A stretch of 64,000 nt of DNA from Burkholderiales bacterium (GTDB lineage Bacteria > Pseudomonadota > Gammaproteobacteria > Burkholderiales > JBBRTU01): positions 71,647 through 135,646 of the forward strand of contig JBBRTU010000003.1 of NCBI GenBank assembly GCA_038244115.1, in the 5' to 3' direction. Below the pieces are notes generated by a model, which worked only from the letters and a program-made list of their open reading frames with translations, had not been told where the DNA came from and searched no databases. Below, in pieces: positions 45,875-56,760 of the stretch. Both the position numbers and the translations under genes were made by a program. Within the stretch, counting starts at the first letter, position 1, and every line of letters begins with the position of its first letter.

Positions 45875-47620
45875 ATGAACAGCAAAGACCTTTATCTCCG
45901 CCTCCTGGGCTACGTCAAACCCTACTGGAAGGTATTTCTCGCTTCCATTCTTAGCACCGTTCTGGTTGCCGCCACTGAACCCGCCTTCCCGGCATTGCTC
46001 AAACCCATGCTGGACGGCAGTTTCGTCAACAAGGACCCGACCTGGATAAAACTGGTGCCGCTGCTGTTGGTCGCCATTTTCCTGGTGCGCGGCATCGCCA
46101 CCTTTATCAGTTCTTACAGCATGAGCTGGGTCGCGAACAAGGTTGTGTTTGACCTCCGCGGAGACATGTTCCGCAGGCTGATCAATCTCCCTACCAGCTA
46201 TTTCGAAAATAACTCATCAGGCGCCCTGATCTCCAAGGTGTCCTACGATGTGTCTCAGGTTACAGGCGCCGCCACCAGTGCGCTAACCGTGCTGGTGGGT
46301 GATTCTCTGACCATCCTCGGCTTGCTTGCCTGGCTGATATATCTTAACTGGAAGCTTTCCCTCATTGCCCTTGCCGTCATGCCCGCCATTCTTCTATCCA
46401 TCACTGTGTTCAGCAAGCGCCTGAGGAAAATGAGCCGTGGCACCCAACGTGCAAATGGCGAAGTAATTCACGTGCTGGAAGAATCCATCGAGTGCCACAA
46501 GGTGGTGAAAATTTTCGGCGGGCAGGAATACGAGTCCAACCGTTTTGGCCAAGTGAGCAACGCCTTGCGCCATTTCAATATGAAACAGACGGTTGCGGCC
46601 TCGGCCACCGTGCCGCTGGTGCAAATCTTCGCTGCCATTGCTCTGGCCATCATCGTGTATATCGCCACGCTACAATCCGCGCACAACGAAACTACCGTGG
46701 GTGGTTTCGTATCCTTCATTACTGCCATGCTGATGTTGCTTTCCCCCCTCAAGCGGCTCACCGGCGTCAACGAATCGCTGCAAAGAGGACTGGCAGCCGC
46801 AGAAAGCGTGTTCGCCCTGATTGATGAAAAACCCGAAACAGACAGCGGCACGATCAGCCTGGGTCGCGCCCAAGGGGTGCTGGAATTCCGGGAAGTCAGC
46901 TTCGCCTACCCCGGCGCCGAGCGCGATGCCTTGAAGCATATCTCGCTCAATGTAAAACAAGGCGAGGTCATCGCCCTGGTGGGCGCCTCCGGCAGCGGCA
47001 AAACCACACTGGTGAATCTGATCCCGCGCTTTCACCAGCCCACGGGGGGCAGCATTCTGCTCGATGGCCATGACCTGCAAACCATCAAGCTAGCCGACCT
47101 GCGCGACAACGTGGCCCTGGTCAGCCAGGACGTGGTGCTGTTCAACGACACCATTGCCGCCAATATCGCCTACGGTAAGCAAAGCACTGCCAGCGAAGCG
47201 GAAATCATTGCCGCAGCGGAGGCGGCGCATGTCATGGAGTTCATCCGCGAAATGCCGGACGGTCTGCAAACCTTCATCGGCGAAAACGGTACGCGTCTCT
47301 CCGGAGGCCAGCGCCAGCGCCTCGCCATCGCCCGTGCGCTACTCAAGAACGCCGCCATCTTGATTCTCGACGAAGCCACCTCGGCCCTGGATTCCGAGTC
47401 GGAACGCCATATCCAGGAAGCATTGGAAACCCTGATGAAGGATCGTACCACCCTGGTAATCGCGCACCGCCTGTCTACTATCGAAAATGCGGATCGCATT
47501 GTCGTGATACAAAAAGGACGTGTCGTGGAATCCGGCCGTCACGGCGAACTCCTGGCCGCCAATGGCGTTTACGCCAACCTTTACCGCATTCAATTTGCCG
47601 CGGAAACTTTGGCCCAATGA
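45875..47620 (+). CDS. msbA: Lipid A export ABC transporter
   Basis: YLRLLGYVKPYW; PLKRLT; GLAAAES; GASGSGKT; LSGGQRQR; DEATSALD. Confidence 0.93.
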   Translation: MNSKDLYLRLLGYVKPYWKVFLASILSTVLVAATEPAFPALLKPMLDGSFVNKDPTWIKLVPLLLVAIFLVRGIATFISSYSMSWVANKVVFDLRGDMFRRLINLPTSYFENNSSGALISKVSYDVSQVTGAATSALTVLVGDSLTILGLLAWLIYLNWKLSLIALAVMPAILLSITVFSKRLRKMSRGTQRANGEVIHVLEESIECHKVVKIFGGQEYESNRFGQVSNALRHFNMKQTVAASATVPLVQIFAAIALAIIVYIATLQSAHNETTVGGFVSFITAMLMLLSPLKRLTGVNESLQRGLAAAESVFALIDEKPETDSGTISLGRAQGVLEFREVSFAYPGAERDALKHISLNVKQGEVIALVGASGSGKTTLVNLIPRFHQPTGGSILLDGHDLQTIKLADLRDNVALVSQDVVLFNDTIAANIAYGKQSTASEAEIIAAAEAAHVMEFIREMPDGLQTFIGENGTRLSGGQRQRLAIARALLKNAAILILDEATSALDSESERHIQEALETLMKDRTTLVIAHRLSTIENADRIVVIQKGRVVESGRHGELLAANGVYANLYRIQFAAETLAQ

Positions 47621-48717
47621 ACATCGTGCATACCGAAGCATCGTGCGGATGGGGCGGGCAGGAAATTCGCATCCTGGAGGAATCACGCGGCATGCTGGCG
47701 CGCGGCCACCAAGTAGTGGTGTTGTGCCCGCCTGAGTCGCGCATTTTTGCCGAAGCAAAACGCCGCGGCATCCCGGTTGAGGCCTTGCCCATCGGACGCA
47801 AAAATCTAAAAGGTTTTTTTGCCCTGCGCCGCTGGCTCGCCACGCATCCGGCCGATGTGATCAATACCCACAGTTCGACCGATTCCTGGCTTGCCGCCCT
47901 GGCATGCAAAACCCTTCACGATGCCCCGCCCATCGTGCGCACCCGCCATATTTCCGCACCGATTCCGGCCAACCGCGCCAGCCGCTGGCTCTACACCCAT
48001 GCCGTGCGCCACGTCGCCACCACGGGCGAAAGCCTGCGCCAGACCCTGATTCGGCATAACCGCTTTCCTGCAAAACAGATCACCTCGGTACCGACCGGCA
48101 TAGATGCCTCCCGCTTTGCCCCTACGGCAGACAAAGCAGCGATGCGGCACGCGCTCGGACTCGATCCGGCGCGCCGTTATCTCGGCATCGTTGCCACCTT
48201 GCGCAGCTGGAAAGGACATCTTTTCCTGCTCGACGCATTTGCGAGCCTGGCCAAAGACCATCCTGACCTGATCTTGCTCATCGTGGGCGAGGGGCCCATG
48301 CGCAACGTGATCGAAGACAAAATAGCGGAACTGCATCTCGCTGATCGTGTTCAACTGGCTGGGCAGCAGGACCGGCCCGAGGATTGGTTGAAAGCACTCG
48401 ACGTTTTCTGCCTGCCTTCCTATGCCAACGAAGGTGTGCCCCAAGCCGTGCTGCAGGCTATGCTGACCGGTCTGCCCATAGTCAGTACGCCGGTCGGTGC
48501 CATTACCGAAGCAATAGCCGACGGCAAGACCGGGCTCATCGTGCCGCCCAAAGACTCGCAGGCATTGGCCGCAGCCATCAGCCGCCTTCTCGACGACGCT
48601 GTAATGGCTAATTCCCTTGGTGCACAAGCGCGGGAGGATGCCATTAACCGCTTCGGCTTCGAGCATATGCTGGACCGCATGGAAACCATCTTCCGCGCTG
48701 CCGTGGAGCCTCTCTGA
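47617..48717 (+). CDS. GT4 glycosyltransferase
   Basis: HTEASCGWGGQE; NTHSSTDSW; LRSWKGH; NEGVPQAVLQA. Confidence 0.88.
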   Translation: MNIVHTEASCGWGGQEIRILEESRGMLARGHQVVVLCPPESRIFAEAKRRGIPVEALPIGRKNLKGFFALRRWLATHPADVINTHSSTDSWLAALACKTLHDAPPIVRTRHISAPIPANRASRWLYTHAVRHVATTGESLRQTLIRHNRFPAKQITSVPTGIDASRFAPTADKAAMRHALGLDPARRYLGIVATLRSWKGHLFLLDAFASLAKDHPDLILLIVGEGPMRNVIEDKIAELHLADRVQLAGQQDRPEDWLKALDVFCLPSYANEGVPQAVLQAMLTGLPIVSTPVGAITEAIADGKTGLIVPPKDSQALAAAISRLLDDAVMANSLGAQAREDAINRFGFEHMLDRMETIFRAAVEPL

Positions 48718-48770
48718 AAGCATATAAACGTGAACACTATTAGCCACGCCAACCAAGAGCGGCCTACAAC

Positions 48771-49499
48771 ATGAGCACACATTACGATTGGACCACCGTC
48801 TCGGATGATCCTAACAATTCACGCGCCAAGCGCGAAGTTAAAACCCACTTGCTGGCAATGCGTCAGGTTCACCTTGACACGGATTTACTGGGTTTTGTGA
48901 TTGATGCCGCTCGTGACAAGCGGGTGCTCGACATAGGCGTGGTCTCGCATGCTGCCCGTTACATGGATCAGGAAGGGTGGCGCCATGGCCATATTCATCG
49001 TGTTGCAGCTCGTTGTGTTGGCATAGACATTCTTGAACCGCTTGTCCAAGAACTGAACTCGCGGGGCTTTGATGTGCGCTGCGTCGATGCTACTTCCGAG
49101 GCGGACCTTGGTGAACGCTTCGATTTTATTTTTATCGGTGATGTCGTTGAGCATGTTGACAACCCTGTTGCACTCTTGCGTTTTGCGAAACGACATCTTG
49201 CCAGTGGTGGCCGTATTCTTGTGGCCACACCGAACCCTTTCAGTCGCAAGTTTTTCCGGCGCTTCCGGCGCGATGGCACAGCAATCGTCAACCTTGACCA
49301 TCTTGCATGGTTCACGCCCACAATGGCACTCGAACTTGGCCGTCGCGCGGGTCTTTCGCTCCGCGCTTACCATTTGATCAAACCAATATCCGGCTTCAGG
49401 CGGGCATGGAAACAATTGGCTTGGCGCTATACGCCTGTGGAGTACTCGTTCCCGGATTTTATCTTTGAATATTCCCTGCCGCAGCCGGAAGTCGACTGA
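48771..49499 (+). CDS. Class I SAM-dependent methyltransferase
   Basis: VLDIG, VGIDI, FDFIFIGDVVEH, ATPNP. Confidence 0.8.
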   Translation: MSTHYDWTTVSDDPNNSRAKREVKTHLLAMRQVHLDTDLLGFVIDAARDKRVLDIGVVSHAARYMDQEGWRHGHIHRVAARCVGIDILEPLVQELNSRGFDVRCVDATSEADLGERFDFIFIGDVVEHVDNPVALLRFAKRHLASGGRILVATPNPFSRKFFRRFRRDGTAIVNLDHLAWFTPTMALELGRRAGLSLRAYHLIKPISGFRRAWKQLAWRYTPVEYSFPDFIFEYSLPQPEVD

Positions 49500-49518
49500 A
49501 CGACTTCGTAAAAAAAAT

Positions 49519-50562
49519 ATGCAGGCTAAATCCATACTCATCATTCAGGTCTCCCGCATTGGCGACACGCTGCTGTCCACCCCCACCATCAGGGCCATTG
49601 CATCAGCCTTTCCGCAAGCAAAAATCACTTGCCTTGGCCACCCGAAACGGATGGAGATTCTGCAGAACCTTCCTTTCATTCACCACGTCGGCGCCATAAC
49701 CAAGCATTCTGCATTCTTTCGCGGGCGTGGATTTGGGAAATGCTACGACCTCGCTTTCGTCTTTGGTCACGACCTGCCACTGGTTAAATACGCACTGCGC
49801 GTCGCACACCGGGTCGTGGCTTTCCGCCAGAATAATGCGACAGTGGATGCTCGTCTTTTCCACGCCGCAGAAGTCCCCGCCTTCCAAAGCCGCCATGCTG
49901 TAATGATGCAGTATGCGTTAGTGGAGGCGCTGGAAATCCCGCTTGCCGGACGTCATCTTTTCTATGGTGTTACCGAAGAAGAGGCCGCCTGGGCGGAAAG
50001 TGAACTACGCAAGCGGCTAGGGGAAAATAGCGTTCCTCCTGCCCCGCTGATCGGCCTGCAAGTTGCCAGCTTTCCCACCAAGGGCTACCGGGACTGGCCG
50101 ATCGAACGTTTCGCCGAGTTATGCGATCGTATCCGGCAAAGTTATCCGAATGTGCATTTCCTCATCTTCGGTGGCCCGCTTGAAAAATCACGTACCCAGT
50201 TCTTGCATACCCATCTTGCCGGCTGCTCAACGCACTATGCTGGCAGCCTCAGCTTGCGCCAAACGGCGGCGCTGATGGCTCGGCTGGATCTCTACATCGG
50301 CGTGGATACCGGCCCCACGCATATCATGGGCGCGCTACACCGTCCGATGGTGGCGCTGTACCATCCCTATTCGCCTAGCCGCCTACTGGCACCACTGGAT
50401 CACCCTTGCCTCTATATTGTCGACCACCCCCGTGTCGAAGAAGCCTGCGGGCCGGAGACTTCCATGGCGGAAGTGTCGGTGGAAACGGTGTGGGCACAGG
50501 TGCAAGCTGCGCTCACCAATCACTATAAATATCATTCGACGCCCGCCGGAGAGCCAGCTTGA
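49519..50562 (+). CDS. GT9 glycosyltransferase
   Basis: SRIGDTLL; YRDWP; GVDTGPTH. Confidence 0.87.
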   Translation: MQAKSILIIQVSRIGDTLLSTPTIRAIASAFPQAKITCLGHPKRMEILQNLPFIHHVGAITKHSAFFRGRGFGKCYDLAFVFGHDLPLVKYALRVAHRVVAFRQNNATVDARLFHAAEVPAFQSRHAVMMQYALVEALEIPLAGRHLFYGVTEEEAAWAESELRKRLGENSVPPAPLIGLQVASFPTKGYRDWPIERFAELCDRIRQSYPNVHFLIFGGPLEKSRTQFLHTHLAGCSTHYAGSLSLRQTAALMARLDLYIGVDTGPTHIMGALHRPMVALYHPYSPSRLLAPLDHPCLYIVDHPRVEEACGPETSMAEVSVETVWAQVQAALTNHYKYHSTPAGEPA

Positions 50563-51647
50563 AGTTTGCCTTTGTCACCACCAACCTGCGTGGCGGCGGA
50601 GCAGAAAAAGCCATGCTTAACCTTGCCAGCTTGCTCGCTTCGCGCGGGCATGAAACCCAGATTTGGTTACTGGAAAATTTGGTCGAGCACGCTATTCCAT
50701 CTGGCGTGACCGTGCACAATCTGCACGTCTGCCACATAACCAAGAAGGGTTGGCTTGGCAAGCGTTTAGCTGCTTGGTCATTAAAACGGAAATTATCGGC
50801 AGCAGGCCCCTTCGATTTAATCGTCTCCACCCTGCCATTCGCCGACGAAGTGGTGTCGCTGGCACGCCTGCCGAACGTGTGCTTCCGTATCGCCAACACC
50901 TTATCCGCCGAGATCGACTCCCTCTCCGCACGCGACCCAAAAAAAGCCGCGCGGCGGCGCCAACGTTACCGTCACCTGTATAACCGGCAACAGCTCATTG
51001 CCGTGTCCGATGGCGTGGCTGCTGATCTGAAAGCAACACTGGGATTGTCCGATGCGCGGATAGCACGTATTTACAACCCTTTCGACTTTGCGCACATTCG
51101 CCAGCAAGCAAAGCAGCCCGATCCCGATCTGCCGCATGAACCTTACGTTATTCACGTCGGCCGCTTCATGCCGCAGAAACGGCATGACGTCCTGCTGGCA
51201 GCCTGGCGTGAAGCAGCCTTGCCACATCGTCTGGTGCTGCTGACGTCCGCTTCGCCACAACTTGACCAGATGATTCACGCCCACGGTTTGGCACAACAAG
51301 TGACGGTGGCGGGTTTCCGGCCCAACCCGTATCCATGGATCGCCGGCGCGGAACTGCTTGTGCTCGCTTCCGACCGGGAAGGCATGCCGAATGTGCTGGT
51401 AGAAGGCCTGCTGTGCGGAACGCGGGTGGTCAGCACCGACTGCCCCTCCGGCCCGCGCGAGGTGCTCACCGGGCCGCTCGCGCGCTGGCTGGTGCCGTGT
51501 GGAGACCCGCACGCGCTGGCCAGCGCCATGCGCGATGCCTTGGCCTCGCCTCGTCCTTCCATGCCAGAAGATTTTGCTAAATTCTCTGCGGAAAAAGTCG
51601 CTCAGGCTTATGAAGCATTGGCATTAGAGAATCGGGGGAATAGCTGA
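50559..51647 (+). CDS. GT4 glycosyltransferase
   Basis: GGGAEK; HVGRFMPQKRHD; SDREGMPNVLVE; STDCPSGPRE. Confidence 0.87.
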   Translation: MKFAFVTTNLRGGGAEKAMLNLASLLASRGHETQIWLLENLVEHAIPSGVTVHNLHVCHITKKGWLGKRLAAWSLKRKLSAAGPFDLIVSTLPFADEVVSLARLPNVCFRIANTLSAEIDSLSARDPKKAARRRQRYRHLYNRQQLIAVSDGVAADLKATLGLSDARIARIYNPFDFAHIRQQAKQPDPDLPHEPYVIHVGRFMPQKRHDVLLAAWREAALPHRLVLLTSASPQLDQMIHAHGLAQQVTVAGFRPNPYPWIAGAELLVLASDREGMPNVLVEGLLCGTRVVSTDCPSGPREVLTGPLARWLVPCGDPHALASAMRDALASPRPSMPEDFAKFSAEKVAQAYEALALENRGNS

Positions 51648-51648
51648 C

Positions 51649-53493
51649 ATGTGCGGCATTTTTGGCCTGATCGGCACGCCATGGCGCGAATCCGCCAAGG
51701 CCGCGCTCACAACCTTGAACAGCCGCGGGCCTGACGAACAGAACTTGGTGGAAATGGGCGAAGCCATGCTCGGCCACACCCGTCTTGCCATTATCGACCT
51801 GGTCACCGGCCACCAGCCAATGCGCTCCCCGGATGGCCGTTATTGCATTGTCTTTAACGGCGAGATTTACAATTTCCAGGCATTGCGCACAGAACTAACC
51901 AGTCTCGGCTATGCCTTCTTGACTACCTCTGACACTGAGGTACTGCTACACGGGTTTGCTGCTTGGGGTGAGAAATTATTAGCGCGCCTCGACGGCATGT
52001 TCGCCTTTGCCATCTGGGACGCCCGCGAACGCATCCTGTTTGCCGCCCGCGACCGCATCGGCATCAAGCCGTTTTTCTATTCAACGGTAGCTGGCTTCAG
52101 CTTTGCTTCGACGCTCGCTCCGTTTTTCCGTCTTGAGGGTTTCCCACGCAAGATGGACTACGCAGCCTTGCGCGACTACCTCGCCTTCCAGACCCCGCTT
52201 GCACCGCATACCTTCCTTGCGGATGTGCATCAGATGCCGCCAGCATCCTGGCTCCGCTATGAGGCTGCAACGGGAAACACGAAGCTGGAGCGCTACTGGT
52301 CAATCCCGACCCCTTCCTCCGGCCCGGCGCCATCGCACGAAGAACGGCTTGCTCAAGTAGAAGCCGTGTTAGCCGCAAGTGTGCGCCGCCAGCTTGTCGC
52401 CGATGTTCCCTTGGGCGCATTTCTGAGCGGCGGCATCGACAGCAGCCTGATGGTGCATTACATGGCTGAAGCAGGCGCAAAGCCGCTGCGCACATTCAGC
52501 ATGCGCTTTGCCGAGAAGGGCTTTGACGAAACTGCCGCCGCGCTGGCAGTCGCCACACGCTACGGTACCGAACACACGCTCATCGACGCGCCCGACATCG
52601 GCGGCGACAGCCTTCTAGCAGCCATCCGCAACCTCGACCAGCCGCTTGCCGATCCTTCCTACGTCATGGTTGCCGAGCTATCCCGGGCAACGCGCCAGCA
52701 GGTAAAAGTTGCCATTAGCGGCGACGGCGGCGATGAGCTGTTTGCCGGTTATGCCCGCTACCGCGTGCAGGAATCCGATTTCCCGGATTCCTCACCCAAG
52801 CAGTTGATGCGCTGGCTGGTACGCCATCGCATGCTGCCAGGCGCCCTTCTGCGCCGCAGCCTGGCCGGCAAGGAAATGATGCTATACCGCCAGGTCGAGT
52901 TGGGGCCTTTCGATCCATCCCGCAAAGGGTTGGGGCGTTACATGCATGAAGATGCTTTGCATGCATGCCAGCCTGAGAGAACCCTTGGCTTATGGCAGGA
53001 CTTGATCCAGGAGTTCGGCGGCAGCGCAACTACGGCAGCCTTGATGCGCGCAGATTTATGGACTTACCTGAGTGAGAACTGCCTGGTGAAAACGGACCGG
53101 GCCAGCATGGCCCACGGCTTGGAAATACGCGTGCCGCTGCTGGGCAAGGAGGTGCTTGATACAGTGCTGGGCTGGCCCGCCAGCGTCCACTTCGATAACG
53201 CCGGAGGAAAGGCCATCCTGCGCGATCTAGCCAAACGCCATCTACCGGAAGAAGTATGGAACCGTCCCAAGCACGGCTTTTCGGTGCCGTTGAGTGATTA
53301 TTTCAACGGCCAGTGGCGCACAGTATGCGAAGATTACGTGCACCGATGCGGCCAACTAGCGCCCTTCCTCAATGCTGCGGCAGTTCGCAAAACCTGGGAA
53401 AATGCCAAATGCGGACGTGCCTCGCGCCGTCTTGCCTATACCCTGGTGGCCTTGCTGATGTGGCTTGAAGCACATCCTTTGGTCTCAATTTGA
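51649..53493 (+). CDS. Glutamine-hydrolysing asparagine synthase-family amidotransferase (LPS amidation, WbpS-like)
   Basis: N-terminal MCGI; RGPD; FNGEIYN; SDTE; LSGGIDSS; SGDGGDE; KTDRASMAHGLE. Confidence 0.9.
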   Translation: MCGIFGLIGTPWRESAKAALTTLNSRGPDEQNLVEMGEAMLGHTRLAIIDLVTGHQPMRSPDGRYCIVFNGEIYNFQALRTELTSLGYAFLTTSDTEVLLHGFAAWGEKLLARLDGMFAFAIWDARERILFAARDRIGIKPFFYSTVAGFSFASTLAPFFRLEGFPRKMDYAALRDYLAFQTPLAPHTFLADVHQMPPASWLRYEAATGNTKLERYWSIPTPSSGPAPSHEERLAQVEAVLAASVRRQLVADVPLGAFLSGGIDSSLMVHYMAEAGAKPLRTFSMRFAEKGFDETAAALAVATRYGTEHTLIDAPDIGGDSLLAAIRNLDQPLADPSYVMVAELSRATRQQVKVAISGDGGDELFAGYARYRVQESDFPDSSPKQLMRWLVRHRMLPGALLRRSLAGKEMMLYRQVELGPFDPSRKGLGRYMHEDALHACQPERTLGLWQDLIQEFGGSATTAALMRADLWTYLSENCLVKTDRASMAHGLEIRVPLLGKEVLDTVLGWPASVHFDNAGGKAILRDLAKRHLPEEVWNRPKHGFSVPLSDYFNGQWRTVCEDYVHRCGQLAPFLNAAAVRKTWENAKCGRASRRLAYTLVALLMWLEAHPLVSI

Positions 53494-54227
53494 AAGGAAT
53501 CGCAATGCTAAGAAAAGGTGGCCGGACCGAGAAACGCTTGAAGAAATTTGCCAGGCACTTTCATTCGCCCGCATTTGCCGATAACTTCGGCATCCGCTTG
53601 CCGCTCAAGCACTCCGCCATCACTGCCGCCATTCACCGCGACATCTACTTTGGTGACTACGAGCGCAAAGAGAAGGAGATCATCAGTAGCCGGCTGGAAA
53701 AGAACGACATCGTAATGGAGGTCGGGGCCGGCATCGGATTTCTCGCGGCTTTCTGTGCAAAACGCATTGGGAGCGAAAGGGTATTCGCCTACGAGGCCAA
53801 CCCGGCATTGATGGAAATTATTCATCAGATTCACGCTGACAATGGCGTTTCCCCGACGGTGCGCAATGTTCTTTTAGGCGATGGCGATGGCGAACGTGAT
53901 TTTTTTCTTGAAAAAGATTTCTGGGCGTCTTCCCTGATTCCACAAACAAAAGACGCGAAATCCATCCGCGTTCCTCAAGAAGACCTCAACGCTGAAATTC
54001 GGCGCATTGCTCCCACCTTCATGATTGTCGATATCGAGGGAGGCGAGGAAGAATTCTTTCGGATTGCGAAGCTGGATCCTGTACGCAAGCTCTGCATCGA
54101 GTTCCACCCGCATACGTTGGGCAATCACCGCATTTCAGCAATCATCGCCCACCTTATCAGTCAGGGCTTTGCCATTGATTTTGGCTGCATGCGGAAAAAT
54201 GTCCTGTTCTTCTCCCGTGAAGCATGA
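53490..54227 (+). CDS. FkbM-family methyltransferase
   Basis: MEVGAGIG; AYEANP; VDIEGGE; IEFH. Confidence 0.85.
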   Translation: MKGIAMLRKGGRTEKRLKKFARHFHSPAFADNFGIRLPLKHSAITAAIHRDIYFGDYERKEKEIISSRLEKNDIVMEVGAGIGFLAAFCAKRIGSERVFAYEANPALMEIIHQIHADNGVSPTVRNVLLGDGDGERDFFLEKDFWASSLIPQTKDAKSIRVPQEDLNAEIRRIAPTFMIVDIEGGEEEFFRIAKLDPVRKLCIEFHPHTLGNHRISAIIAHLISQGFAIDFGCMRKNVLFFSREA

Positions 54228-55240
54228 CCATGGCCGATGATCGACCAGCAAACACCCCGGAGAACTCTGCCCCGCTCCTGAGTTTGGTGGTGCCCGTCTA
54301 CAACGTGGCGCCTTTTCTGCCGCGCTGCTTGGATAGCCTGATAGACACCGGCGGCATCTCCACCGAAGTCATTCTGGTGGATGACGGCTCTACCGACGAG
54401 TGTCCGGCCATTCTTGCCCGCTATGCGGCGCAATACCCTCATTTCCATGTCATCCGGCAGGAAAACGGCGGGCTGTCCGCTGCCCGCAACACGGGTATCG
54501 AGCACGCCCGTGGAGAATATATCGCTTTCGTCGATTCCGACGACTATGTGGCCCCCGGCTACCACGCCAATCTTGTCCGCCTCGCCTCGTCTCTTGACGT
54601 ACCCATGGCGGTGGGCAACGGCATCTACGAATTCAATGGCAATCGTGACAACTTTTCCATGTATTTGGATAACCTGCCGCGCGGCATCATGGCTTCCCAT
54701 GATCTGCTTAAACGCCGCCTGCGCGATCGAACTTTCCTGCATATGGTATGGCTGCATCTATATCGCCGCGATTTTATTGAAAGCCACGAGCTGCGCTTTG
54801 TGCCCCGGCTTATCCACGAAGATGTGCCGTGGACGACCCGCGCCCTGTTATTGGCAAAAAATATCGCCTACGATCCAACGCCCGGCTATTTTTACCGCCA
54901 GCGTATCCGCCGTTTTGAGGCATACAAACCTGCCGATCTTGATAATCGCATGACGGCAATTATCAAGAGTTCGGTATTCAATGCCCGTGAATTATCCAAC
55001 ATGGCGACAGAGGTCCGCGATGATCCTGAATTGCAAAGCTTGCTGCGATGGCAATTGGTCGACGGCGGCCTGTCAATTTTTCACAAGCTGGAGAAAATTT
55101 CATCGTCCGCGTTACGCCGCGCAATATATCGATACCTTAGAGAGGAAAAACTTTTTGCACTTCTCTGGGCACATGCGGCGGATTTCCGGCAGCACCGGAA
55201 GATTGCCCGAAACTACCTGAAAAGCTGTCTGCTAGGCTAA
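54224..55240 (+). CDS. GT2 glycosyltransferase
   Basis: VVPVYNV, DDGSTD, NGGLSAARN, FVDSDD, HED. Confidence 0.9.
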   Translation: MTMADDRPANTPENSAPLLSLVVPVYNVAPFLPRCLDSLIDTGGISTEVILVDDGSTDECPAILARYAAQYPHFHVIRQENGGLSAARNTGIEHARGEYIAFVDSDDYVAPGYHANLVRLASSLDVPMAVGNGIYEFNGNRDNFSMYLDNLPRGIMASHDLLKRRLRDRTFLHMVWLHLYRRDFIESHELRFVPRLIHEDVPWTTRALLLAKNIAYDPTPGYFYRQRIRRFEAYKPADLDNRMTAIIKSSVFNARELSNMATEVRDDPELQSLLRWQLVDGGLSIFHKLEKISSSALRRAIYRYLREEKLFALLWAHAADFRQHRKIARNYLKSCLLG

Positions 55241-55250
55241 GGAACAACCG

Positions 55251-55397
55251 GTGCCATCAATCTGTTACCAAATCAACCTGCATCGCGGTTTCGGCGGCGG
55301 CGAGGTCTATACTGCAATCTTTGCCAAGGCGGCGGAACATCTTCGGATTTTTTCGAAAGATGCTTTTATATATACTGCGCGTACAGTACTTAATTGA
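55251..55397 (+). pseudogene. N-terminal remnant of a GT4 glycosyltransferase
   Basis: RBS aagga + GTG; translates as VPSICYQINLHRGFGGGEVYTAIFAKA (GT4 GGxE motif) and stops after 48 codons; absent from the ORF track. Confidence 0.55.
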
Positions 55398-55463
55398 ACT
55401 ATTGAACTTCTGGCCGGGAAATCTTTGACAGCCCTGCACAAGCAACCATTCAAAAGCCCAACC

Positions 55464-56444
55464 ATGAGTCGTCAGACCATTATCCTGAACTACAAAAAAG
55501 GGTTTTCCCCCTTGAAGGAAGCATTCGAGAATCTCGGCTTCCGGGTAGTGGAAGATGTTTGGGCGCTAGATGAAGCGTTGGCACAACAAACCGAACTGTG
55601 CGTCACCAATCTTTATGAAGCGGCGCGGCACCCTTTCCGGACACTCCGGCTCAGACGACATTTAAAGCGTCATGCCATACCGTTTATTGCGCTTGACCGG
55701 GATGCGCCATGGCATATGGGCCTGCTCCACCGCCGTTTGTGGCTGCTTCAATTGTTAAAGCCTTTTGACGTGTATGCAACGCATACCATGCAACCCACTT
55801 TTGAGTTTGCTCCCGTCAAGATTTATAGTCCGAACGCTGTCTGGGTTCGAAACTTCAATTTGCACGGCCGTACCTTGGAAGAAATGCGCGACCCGAAGTT
55901 TTTCGAAATCGATGTCTCGTTCATAGGCAACATGAATGGCGCACGTTTTAAAGAACATGCCGAGAGAGAGCAATTTTTTAATGCCTTGGCGCAGCGCCTC
56001 GCCCCACTCGGTCTGAAGTATCTGTTTTCGAATTCGACAGGCATTTCGGAAGAGGAACAAATCCGGGTCATTCAGCGTAGCCGGATCAACTTGAGTTTTC
56101 GCTCTTCTTGCGACTACACCCCAGGAAAAAGTTGGGGGCTCCCAGAAAGATGCTATGGTGTTCCGGCAAGGGGAGGCTTCCTGCTAACCGATGCGCGCCA
56201 GCATGCGGCTGATGATTTCGACCTATCAACAGAATGGGCCGGCTTCACCGATCTGGATAACTGCATAGATAGAATTTTGTATTACCTGGCGCACTTCGAC
56301 GAAACCAGAAACATCGCGGAAGCAGCCCATGCTCGCGTAATGCGCGAACACACCTACGAACACCGCGCTCAAAATCTGCTCCTGGCGGCATCGGGCATCA
56401 GAAATATGCGCAATATTCCCGACACCGGAAACGCGTCACGATGA
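55464..56444 (+). CDS. CgeB-like glycosyltransferase (Glyco_trans_1_2)
   Basis: DVSFIGN; SRINL; PERCYGVPARGGFLLTD; HTYEHRA C-terminal motif. Confidence 0.8.
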   Translation: MSRQTIILNYKKGFSPLKEAFENLGFRVVEDVWALDEALAQQTELCVTNLYEAARHPFRTLRLRRHLKRHAIPFIALDRDAPWHMGLLHRRLWLLQLLKPFDVYATHTMQPTFEFAPVKIYSPNAVWVRNFNLHGRTLEEMRDPKFFEIDVSFIGNMNGARFKEHAEREQFFNALAQRLAPLGLKYLFSNSTGISEEEQIRVIQRSRINLSFRSSCDYTPGKSWGLPERCYGVPARGGFLLTDARQHAADDFDLSTEWAGFTDLDNCIDRILYYLAHFDETRNIAEAAHARVMREHTYEHRAQNLLLAASGIRNMRNIPDTGNASR

Positions 56445-56752
56445 GCATTAAATCCTCTCATTTACTCATGCGTATTCGCATCGCCCTGGGGAAATTTCTG
56501 CGCCTATTTTGGCGGCCACCGATACCAAAATTAAAGAATGGCGAAATTCGGCTGCATCTCGGCTGCGGGAAAATAAACCACCCCGGTTTCGTCAACATCT
56601 ACGCTATCCCGCGGCGGCATGTGCACTATGTCCAGTCGGGAACCACGCTTCGCAATTTCAAGAATGACGCCGTCGATTTCTCGCTGAACCTCGAAAAATT
56701 TAACCGCTGTCGCAACACTTTTAGCACTTGTTACTTCCCGCGACCAACCTGA
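56441..56752 (+). pseudogene. Truncated SAM-dependent methyltransferase
   Basis: LHLGCG motif I and GFVNI(D>Y) are present, but similarity ends after FKNDAVD with no SH.LEH motif. Confidence 0.6.
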
Positions 56753-56760
56753 GTCTTTCC

